Source of the DNA: Rhodothermales bacterium
Lineage (GTDB): Bacteria > Bacteroidota > Rhodothermia > Rhodothermales > UBA10348
Assembly: GCA_017643395.1 (NCBI GenBank)
Contig: JAEPNP010000001.1
Span: forward strand, 1,739,806 to 1,803,805
Reading direction: 5' to 3'
Length of the DNA: 64,000 nt
In this document: positions 56,746 through 64,000 of the stretch, in pieces
Position numbering within the stretch: position 1 is the first letter of the stretch
Layout: each line of letters starts with the position of its first letter
Translations under genes and position numbers: made by a program
The notes under the pieces: generated by a model
What the model was told of the DNA's origin: nothing
Database searches by the model: none
Seen by the model: the letters and a program-made list of their open reading frames with translations, nothing else

Positions 56746-59700
56746 ATGTACCGAATACTCCCTCTCCTCCTCGTTCTGTCTCCCCTGGCCGTTCAGGCGC
56801 AGGATGCGGATTCCACCGCTGCCGAAGCGGATACCACCTGGTTCGCAGAGAAGGCGGATTTGCCCCTGAACGCGGCCCGCACCCTCTCATACACGGCCAG
56901 CGAAGGATCCTGGATCTCAGTGGATGTAAGTCCGGACGGCAGCCGCATCGTCTTCGACTTTCTGGGAGACCTGTTTCTGCTCCCGATCGCTGGGGGCACC
57001 GCCGACACGCTGACGACCGGCATGGCCTTCGACGCACAGCCGCGGTTCAGCCCGGACGGGACGGAGGTGCTGTTCATCTCAGACCGCAGCGGTAGTGACA
57101 ATGTCTGGATCATCGAGGTCGAGACCGGCGAGACCCGTGCGCTGACCACCAGCAAGTCCAATCCCATGCACAGTCCGGCATGGTCTCCGGACGGGGACTA
57201 TGTGGTCTATTCCAAGGGTGAGGGACGCTTTGGGGTGTCGAAGCTGTGGATGGCGCACAAGGACGGCGGGTCCGGCACCAAGCTCATCGACAGTCCGAAC
57301 AATCTGCGCACGTCGGGCGCGGCGTTTACACCGGATGGCCGGCAGATCTGGTACGCCCGGGGCACCAACACCTGGAACTACAACGCGTCGATGCCGCAGT
57401 ACCAGCTGGCATACTACGACCGCGAGACCGGTGAGCAGTTCACGCGCACCAGCCGCTACGGCTCGGCCATGCGCCCGACCCTTTCACCGGACGGGCGATG
57501 GCTCGTATATGCGTCCCGGCATGAGGAGCAGACGGGGCTTGTGCGACGGGACCTGCGCACGGGCGACGAGATGTGGCTGGTCTACCCCGTGCAGCGGGAC
57601 GATCAGGAGTCGGTGGCCAGCCGTGACGTGATGCCCGGCATGGCATTCATGCCGGACTCGCAGTCGCTGATTGCGACCTGGGAGGGCAAGCTCTGGCGGC
57701 AGCCGATCGACGGAAGTGCGGCAACCGAGATCCCTTTTGAGGTCGCCGTCAATCTCGAGGTCGGACCGGAAGTGGAGTTCGAGTATGCGATCGAAGACAC
57801 GCCCACCTTCACGGTGCGCGAGATCCGCGATGCGGTGCCGAGTCCGGACGGCGCGCGACTGGCTTTCACGGCGCTCGACCGGTTGTACGTGATGGACTAT
57901 CCGGACGGCACGCCGCAGCGCCTCACCGAAGCGGACGAAACCGAGGCGTTCCCGACCTGGTCTCCGGACGGGCAGTGGGTCGCGTATGCCACCTGGGACG
58001 GCGAAGCGGGACATCTCAAGCGGGTGCGTTCGAACGGCCGCGGGGATGCCGAGCAGCTGACCCTGAACTCGGGACTGTACCAGCTTCCGGCCTACAACAA
58101 CGATGGCAGCCGCATTGTGGCGGTGCGGGGCCCGGCGCGGGCGTATCGCGAGTCTACGGGGCCGTTTGCCCCGGGTGCGGTGGATGACCTTGTCTGGATT
58201 CCGGGCGATGGGGGGGCGGTGACTGAGATCGCCCCGTCGCGCGGCCGCACGGCACCACACTTTGTACAGGGTTCGGACCGGATTTACCTCTACGCGGGCT
58301 CGCGGGGCGTCGTGTCCATCCGATACGACGGCACCGACGAAAAGGAGCACGTCAAGGTGGCGGGCAACCGTCGGCCTGGTGCTACCCAGCCCAACCGGGC
58401 GTCCTGGATCAAGCTGGCGCCTCGCGGCGACCAGGCGCTGGCCCAGGTGAACGATGACCTCTATGTGGTGACGGTACCGATGATCGGCGGCACGACACCG
58501 GACATCTCGGTTTCGAATCCGGCCAATGCCGCATTCCCTGCACGAAAGCTGACCGAGATCGGCAGTCAATTCCCCGCCTGGCAGTCGGACGGCAATACGG
58601 TGCACTGGGGTATCGGCAACGCGCACTTCATCTTTGATCTGGTTGAGGCGGATCGCATCGACGAGATCATTGCGGCGGAGAAGAAAGCAAAGGCGGATGC
58701 GGCCGCGGATTCCAGCGCGGCGGCAGGAGACGGTGCCGTGGTGGCAGACTCAACCGGTGCAGCGCCGGAGGTGGCCGCAGACAGCACGAGCGCATCGCCC
58801 GAAACCAAGCCCTACAAGGCCGTCGAGCACCGCATTCAGATTGAGGCCGAACGGGATACGCCCCGGGGCTCGGTGATCCTTTCCGGCGCGCGCATCATCA
58901 CCATGAATGGCGATGAGGTGCTGGAGTCCGCAGACATTCTGATCGAGAACAACCGTATCGCCGGCGTGGGGTCCGGGTTCACGGCGGACCGGGTTATCGA
59001 TGTGTCCGGCCATACAATTGTGCCGGGATTTGTCGACGTGCATGCGCACATGTGGCCCGCCTGGAATCTGCACAAGCCGCAGGACTGGCAGTACCTGGCC
59101 AACCTCGCGTACGGCGTGACGACCACGCGGGACCCGCAGACCTCATCGACCGATGTCATTACCTACGGAGACCAGGTGACGGCCGGCATGATGATCGGAC
59201 CGCGGGTGTATTCCACCGGGCCCGGCATCTTCGGGGACTACGTGGAGGACGGCATTCGCGACCTGGCCCACGCCCGGGACATCATGAAGCGGTACTCGGA
59301 GTATTACGATACCAAGACCATCAAGATGTACATGGCGGGCAACCGCCAGCAGCGGCAGTGGGTGCTGATTGCCGCCAAGGAGTATGGCATCATGCCGACC
59401 ACCGAGGGTGGCCTGGACATGAAGTACAACCTGACCATGGTGATCGACGGGTATCCCGGGCAGGAGCACTCGTATCCCGTGTATCCGCTGTACGAGGATG
59501 TGGTGCGGCTGACGGCATTCACCCGCATGGCCTACACGCCGACGCTGCTGGTGGCCTACGGCGGGCCGTTCGGCGAGAACTGGTTCTACACGCGCGAGAA
59601 TCCGCACGATGACGAGAAGCTGGCCCGATTCACGCCGCATGAGGTGCTGGATCAGTCTACGCGGCGTCGCAGCGAAGGCTGGTTTCGGGACGAGGAGTAC

Positions 59701-60096
59701 ATCCACTCGAGGCATGCGGAGGTTGCTGACGAGATCCTCAAGGCAGGCGGTCGGGTGGCCGTGGGTTCGCACGGGCAGCTTCAGGGTCTTGGCTACCATT
59801 GGGAGCTGTGGGCGACGGCCTCAGGCGGCATGACGGCGCACAATGCACTCCGTACCGCCACCATTCTCGGGGCCGAGGCCATCGGGCTGGCGGGAGACCT
59901 GGGGTCAATCGAGGCCGGCAAGCTGGCGGACCTGGTGATCCTTCGCGACAACCCGCTCGATGACATCCGGAATACGAACAGCATCCGATACGTGATGATG
60001 AACGGGCGACTGTACGACGGCGATTCGCTGGCCGAAGTGTGGCCTCGCGAGCGCCCGACAGAACTGCCGGCCCAGCGCACCCCGGACATGCGGTAA
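56746..60096 (+). CDS. secreted PD40/TolB-like beta-propeller + amidohydrolase fusion protein
   Basis: ATG 56746 gives MYRILPLLLVLSPLAVQAQ. Multiple (S/T)PDG propeller repeats. The amidohydrolase metal site is IVPGFVDVHAHMW. C-terminal ..GSIEAGKLADLVIL...NGRLYDG. Confidence 0.85.
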   Translation: MYRILPLLLVLSPLAVQAQDADSTAAEADTTWFAEKADLPLNAARTLSYTASEGSWISVDVSPDGSRIVFDFLGDLFLLPIAGGTADTLTTGMAFDAQPRFSPDGTEVLFISDRSGSDNVWIIEVETGETRALTTSKSNPMHSPAWSPDGDYVVYSKGEGRFGVSKLWMAHKDGGSGTKLIDSPNNLRTSGAAFTPDGRQIWYARGTNTWNYNASMPQYQLAYYDRETGEQFTRTSRYGSAMRPTLSPDGRWLVYASRHEEQTGLVRRDLRTGDEMWLVYPVQRDDQESVASRDVMPGMAFMPDSQSLIATWEGKLWRQPIDGSAATEIPFEVAVNLEVGPEVEFEYAIEDTPTFTVREIRDAVPSPDGARLAFTALDRLYVMDYPDGTPQRLTEADETEAFPTWSPDGQWVAYATWDGEAGHLKRVRSNGRGDAEQLTLNSGLYQLPAYNNDGSRIVAVRGPARAYRESTGPFAPGAVDDLVWIPGDGGAVTEIAPSRGRTAPHFVQGSDRIYLYAGSRGVVSIRYDGTDEKEHVKVAGNRRPGATQPNRASWIKLAPRGDQALAQVNDDLYVVTVPMIGGTTPDISVSNPANAAFPARKLTEIGSQFPAWQSDGNTVHWGIGNAHFIFDLVEADRIDEIIAAEKKAKADAAADSSAAAGDGAVVADSTGAAPEVAADSTSASPETKPYKAVEHRIQIEAERDTPRGSVILSGARIITMNGDEVLESADILIENNRIAGVGSGFTADRVIDVSGHTIVPGFVDVHAHMWPAWNLHKPQDWQYLANLAYGVTTTRDPQTSSTDVITYGDQVTAGMMIGPRVYSTGPGIFGDYVEDGIRDLAHARDIMKRYSEYYDTKTIKMYMAGNRQQRQWVLIAAKEYGIMPTTEGGLDMKYNLTMVIDGYPGQEHSYPVYPLYEDVVRLTAFTRMAYTPTLLVAYGGPFGENWFYTRENPHDDEKLARFTPHEVLDQSTRRRSEGWFRDEEYIHSRHAEVADEILKAGGRVAVGSHGQLQGLGYHWELWATASGGMTAHNALRTATILGAEAIGLAGDLGSIEAGKLADLVILRDNPLDDIRNTNSIRYVMMNGRLYDGDSLAEVWPRERPTELPAQRTPDMR

Positions 60097-60099
60097 TCC

Positions 60100-61107
60100 T
60101 TGGATTCACTGACGCAGATAGCCCTGGGAGCGGCGGTCGGCGAGGCCGCCGTAGGGCGCGAGGCGGGCGGGCGCGGGGCGGCCTGGGGCGCGGCGCTGGG
60201 CACGCTGCCGGATCTGGACATCCTGGCGTATCCGTTCCTCGATTCGGTGGGGGAGCTGGCGTTCCACCGGGGACTGACGCACTCCCTGGTCTTTGCTGTA
60301 GTCATGGCCCCGCTGGTGGGGACGTTCCTCGCACGGCTCCACAGGGCTTTCGAGGTGCCGAGGTGGCGATGGCGCTGGATGGTGTTCTGGGTAATCGGCA
60401 CCCATATCCTGCTGGACAGCTTCACGGTGTACGGCACGCAGGTGTTCTGGCCGGTCACGGACTATCCGCTGGCGTTCAACAGCCTGTTCATCATCGATCC
60501 GCTGTACACGATCCCGCTTGCGATGGGGGTGGTGTTCGCCCTGTTCCTGCGGCGCGGGTCTTCGCGGCGTGCCCACGCAAACCAGCTCGGGTTGCTGGTC
60601 AGCACGTTGTATGTGCTCTGGTCCCTCGTGGCGAAAGGCGTGGCGTACGATGCCCTGAATCGCGGCTGGGCGGCGGCCGGTCTGGAGCCCGAGCGCACCA
60701 TGACCAATGCCACGCCTCTGAATACGATCATGTGGATGGGTATTGCCCAGCAGGACGACAGCCTGCATGTAGGGCTCTTCAGCCTGCTGGACAGCGCGCC
60801 GCCGGACAGCTTCCTGGTTATTCCGATGCGGTCCGAGCTGGTCCGGCCGGTTGCCGAAGAGCGGGCCGTACGTCGTGTGCTGGGCTTTTCGAAAGGGTGG
60901 TACTCGGCGTTTGAGCGAGACGGTGCCCTGGTGATCGACGACTACCGCTTCGGAAGATCGGACGGTTGGTTGGGGGACAGCGGCTCTCCCATTTTCCGTT
61001 TCGTGATGGAGCCGGGTGATTGCGGGGACACCTGGTGCAGTTTCTATCAGGCCCGGCCCATGCTGGGATCACTGGGCGCGGTCTGGGACCGCATGTGGGG
61101 TCAGTAG
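60100..61107 (+). CDS. membrane-bound metal-dependent hydrolase (YdjM/DUF457 family)
   Basis: TTG start 60100, giving MDSLTQIALGAAVGEA...LPDLDILAY...HRGLTHSL, the YdjM-type N-terminus. Confidence 0.8.
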   Translation: MDSLTQIALGAAVGEAAVGREAGGRGAAWGAALGTLPDLDILAYPFLDSVGELAFHRGLTHSLVFAVVMAPLVGTFLARLHRAFEVPRWRWRWMVFWVIGTHILLDSFTVYGTQVFWPVTDYPLAFNSLFIIDPLYTIPLAMGVVFALFLRRGSSRRAHANQLGLLVSTLYVLWSLVAKGVAYDALNRGWAAAGLEPERTMTNATPLNTIMWMGIAQQDDSLHVGLFSLLDSAPPDSFLVIPMRSELVRPVAEERAVRRVLGFSKGWYSAFERDGALVIDDYRFGRSDGWLGDSGSPIFRFVMEPGDCGDTWCSFYQARPMLGSLGAVWDRMWGQ

Positions 61108-61165
61108 GGCGTTTCTGTTCCGCGCGGGAGGCCGTATCGTGCAGCCTCACCAGGCTTCACCCGCC

Positions 61166-61714
61166 ATGAAACGTCTGCTGCTCGGATCGCTCCTTTCTGC
61201 GATCGCCCTCATGATTTGGGGATTCGTGTTCTGGGCCGGAGGCGGCGCGGCGATGGGCTTTTCAAGTCTGGACGTCGAGGCCGAGCAGGCAGTAATGTCG
61301 GCGCTGGCGGAGCACATTCCGGAGACCGGTGCCTATGTGCTGCCGGACCCGGAGACGACGAGCCTGGAGGAATGGACGGCACGCCATCTGGCCGGTCCGC
61401 TCGCATTCCTGCATGTGACACGGGCGGGCACCGATCCGATGTCGCCACGCGTATACGTGCTGGGCTTCCTGCATATGTTCATCGTGTCGTTCCTGATCGG
61501 GCTGGGCATGATCCGGGTGCTGTCCCCATCGACCTCCTACATCCGGCGCATCGGGTTCGGCGGCGCGGTGGGCGTTGTGGTTGCCTTCTGGTCCAATCTC
61601 AGCGACCCGATCTGGTTCTATGAGCCGTGGCCGTACCACCTGACGACCTCGCTCTACGACCTCGTTTCGTTCCTGATCATCGGCGCCGTGCTCGGCAAGA
61701 TCGTGCGTCCGTGA
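61166..61714 (+). CDS. hypothetical membrane protein
   Basis: ATG 61166 (MKRLLLGSLLSAIALMIWGFVFW...). Four hydrophobic segments. Its stop overlaps the next gene's GTG (GTGA). Confidence 0.6.
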   Translation: MKRLLLGSLLSAIALMIWGFVFWAGGGAAMGFSSLDVEAEQAVMSALAEHIPETGAYVLPDPETTSLEEWTARHLAGPLAFLHVTRAGTDPMSPRVYVLGFLHMFIVSFLIGLGMIRVLSPSTSYIRRIGFGGAVGVVVAFWSNLSDPIWFYEPWPYHLTTSLYDLVSFLIIGAVLGKIVRP

Positions 61715-63432
61715 ACCGGTCTGTGTGCTTCCTGCTTGCGCTCTGGGCAGCGGGCAGCACGGTAGCCGCCCAGCCCTACCGGGATGTGGCTCTGGAGGCC
61801 GGATTGGGTGCCATCCTGCGAGCATCCGGTGCGGCGGTGGCGGACATCGACCTGGACGGTGACCTGGACCTATATGTGGTATCGCCGGAGGAGCGCGTGG
61901 AGGGTGATCCGACCACCTACAACCACCTCTTCCGCAATCTGGGCGATGGCACCTTCGAGAATATCACCGCAGGCTCGGGCATCGAGCCCTTTGACGGTGG
62001 GTATCGACGGGGCCAGCAGGGCAACCGATTCGGTGTCGCCTGGGGCGATTACGACGGGGACCGGCTGCCGGACCTCTTTCTCGCGCGGGTAGGCCCGGAG
62101 CGGCTGTACCGAAATCGCGGGGACGGCACGTTTGAAGACGTGACCGTGCAGGCGGGCGTGTTCGGGCGCGACGACACCGCGAATGACGTCGCCGGAGCGT
62201 GGACGGATCTGGACGGCGACGGCGACCTGGATCTGTACGTTTCGGCCTGGATTGGCCCGAACCGCTATTACCGGAATGAGGGCGACGGCACCTTCACCGA
62301 GATGGCCGCTGAGCTGGGCATCGTGGACGGTGGCTTTACGTGGGGCGTGCTGCCGTGGGATGTTGACGAGGACGGCCGGTTGGATCTGTACGTCGTGAAC
62401 GACTTCGGACCCAATCGCCTGTATGTCCAGCAGACGGACGGCACCTTCCTGGAGGACACGGACGCGTGGGCGGTGGGTGACCCCGGCAACGGAATGGGCG
62501 TGGCCTTGGCCGACGTGAACGATGACGGCCGCGGCGACATCTACGTCACCAATATCTACGACCGTCAGCCGAATCCGCTGTATGTACGACACGGGCAGCA
62601 GTACATCGATCGCGCCTCAGATTACGGCGTGCAGGACGCCGGGTGGGCCTGGGGGGTGGAGTTCTTCGACGCAGACCACGACGGCGACCTGGACCTCTAT
62701 GTCGTCAACGGCTTCCCGACCGACCCCGCTACCAACCGCTTCTTTGAGCGCGATGGCGCGGGCTTCACGGATGTGTCGATGGGCTCCGGAACCGATGGCG
62801 CGCCTGAGGCGAGGGCGCTGGTGGTGTTCGACCGCGAAGGGGACGGGGACCTGGATCTGTTTGTCGGCAATTTTCGCGCGCCGTCGGTGCTGCTGGACCG
62901 GGACGATCCCGCGGGCAACTGGATTGGGTTTGATCTGGACCAGCCGGGCATGAACCGCTGGGCGGTCGGGGCTGAAATCCTGCTGGAGTCCGGCGGGCGC
63001 ACCATGCGGCGTTACCTGGACGGCATGGACATGCTCGGCCAGAGCCTGGTGCCGGCACACTTCGGGCTTGGTTCCTCTGAGACTGCGGAGCGGGTCGAAG
63101 TGCACTGGCCTGACGGTGTGGTAGAGGTGTGGCTTGGGCTCGAGGCGGGGCGCTATCACACGTTGGTGCGGGGCACTTCCACGGCTGTCGAGACACCGCC
63201 GGATGCATCTGGGGACGCCGCGCCGTGGCCCAATCCGGCCGCCGGGTGGGTCACCGTGCCGGCGCGAGAGGGTGCGGTGGAGATCTATGACGTGTTGGGA
63301 CGGCGCAGAGCCCATCGCCCGTTGGACGCCCGGGGACGGGTCAGTCTGGAAGGCATGCCGCCCGGGGTGCTCTTCCTCCGCACGGCGCGCGGCGCCATCT
63401 TTTCCGTGATGCATACCCCTGAATTCCGATGA
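61711..63432 (+). CDS. FG-GAP/VCBS repeat + ASPIC/UnbV (CRTAC1-like) protein with T9SS-type C-terminal domain
   Basis: GTG 61711 gives the signal VNRSVCFLLALWAAGSTVAAQ. Repeated DxDGDGDLDLYV motifs. ..RWAVGAEILLESGGRTMRR... is UnbV_ASPIC-like. The C-terminus is APWPNPAAGWVTV...EIYDVLGRR. Confidence 0.8.
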   Translation: MNRSVCFLLALWAAGSTVAAQPYRDVALEAGLGAILRASGAAVADIDLDGDLDLYVVSPEERVEGDPTTYNHLFRNLGDGTFENITAGSGIEPFDGGYRRGQQGNRFGVAWGDYDGDRLPDLFLARVGPERLYRNRGDGTFEDVTVQAGVFGRDDTANDVAGAWTDLDGDGDLDLYVSAWIGPNRYYRNEGDGTFTEMAAELGIVDGGFTWGVLPWDVDEDGRLDLYVVNDFGPNRLYVQQTDGTFLEDTDAWAVGDPGNGMGVALADVNDDGRGDIYVTNIYDRQPNPLYVRHGQQYIDRASDYGVQDAGWAWGVEFFDADHDGDLDLYVVNGFPTDPATNRFFERDGAGFTDVSMGSGTDGAPEARALVVFDREGDGDLDLFVGNFRAPSVLLDRDDPAGNWIGFDLDQPGMNRWAVGAEILLESGGRTMRRYLDGMDMLGQSLVPAHFGLGSSETAERVEVHWPDGVVEVWLGLEAGRYHTLVRGTSTAVETPPDASGDAAPWPNPAAGWVTVPAREGAVEIYDVLGRRRAHRPLDARGRVSLEGMPPGVLFLRTARGAIFSVMHTPEFR

Positions 63433-64000
63433 CGCTGCTTACGCTGCTTCTGGTACTGGCCGGCAACCCGAATGAGGTGGAGATTCCGCGAGTGGAGGGC
63501 TCGCAGATTGTGCTGGACGGGGTCCTGGACGATGCGGTCTGGCAGCAGGCCACGCTGCTCACCGGCTTCATGCAGTACCAGCCTGTCGATGGGCGGCCGG
63601 CGATGGACTCGACCCACGTGTATGTCTGGTACGAAGCGACGGCCATTCACTTTGGAATCCGAGCATATGAGGTGCACAGCGAGGTGAGGGCCACGCTCGC
63701 TGACCGGGACAAGATTGACGGCGACGATCATGTGCTGCTTGTCCTGGATACGTACAACGACCGCAGGCAGGCCGTGGGCATCGCGGTCAACCCGCTCGGG
63801 CAGCAGGCGGATGGCATTCTGCGTGATGCCCAGCAGGGCGGCTTCTTCCGAGGAGGTGGGCAGCCGTTCAACATGGATCTGAGTCCGGATTTTGTGTTTC
63901 AGTCCGCCGGGCGCGAAACGGACTTCGGCTATGAAGTGGAGATCACGGTGCCGTTCAAGAGCCTGCGCTTCCAGCCGTCGGTGACCCAGACGTGGGGGTT
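63429..64000 (+). CDS. DUF5916 / CBM9-like protein, 5' part (runs off window end)
   Basis: ATG 63429 overlaps the previous stop (ATGA). MTLLTLLLVLAG...IVLDGVLDDAVWQQATLLTGFMQYQPVDG...VYVWYEATAIHFGIRA...DHVLLVLDTYNDRRQA parallels the N-terminus of the 42390..45056 protein. The frame is open to the window edge. Confidence 0.75.
   Translation, partial: MTLLTLLLVLAGNPNEVEIPRVEGSQIVLDGVLDDAVWQQATLLTGFMQYQPVDGRPAMDSTHVYVWYEATAIHFGIRAYEVHSEVRATLADRDKIDGDDHVLLVLDTYNDRRQAVGIAVNPLGQQADGILRDAQQGGFFRGGGQPFNMDLSPDFVFQSAGRETDFGYEVEITVPFKSLRFQPSVTQTWG

Overview
GC-rich bacterial chromosomal segment. All calls come from reading the six-frame track and the DNA by eye; no BLAST, HMM or RNA-folding tool was run. 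I call about 45 protein-coding genes. Most ORF-track starts were trimmed to internal ATG/GTG/TTG codons that expose signal peptides or give 4-bp stop/start overlaps. Gene content points to an FCB-group organism (Bacteroidota/Rhodothermota-like). The evidence is several proteins ending in T9SS C-terminal sorting domains, DUF4199, DUF5686 and DUF5916-type proteins, and many secreted peptidases (M1, M14, S8, S9) and glycoside hydrolases. Five things deserve a second look. (1) At 2.2-6.0 kb there is a lasso-peptide-type RiPP locus. A 68-aa precursor carries an exact YxxPxLx3Gx5Tx leader motif. It converges on a translationally coupled operon: HPr-kinase-like, PF14907-type nucleotidyltransferase, PqqD/B1, transglutaminase-like B2. 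No asparagine-synthetase-like lasso cyclase is visible in the window. (2) At 32.4-34.3 kb there is a 607-aa LeuRS-like paralog with a shortened, degenerate editing domain and a truncated C-terminus. (3) Its ATG sits 2 nt after a degenerate tRNA-Asn(GUU)-like element. (4) A dispersed hairpin-module repeat family with strand-skewed G/C tracts brackets a lipoprotein gene at 8.5-10.2 kb and fills a 0.9-kb intergenic region at 41.5-42.4 kb. (5) A beta-1,3-glucan utilisation cluster (GH16, GH94-like phosphorylase, MFS sugar porter, clan GH-A hydrolase) lies next to a hybrid sensor kinase. No rRNA, CRISPR array, transposase or integrase was recognised.
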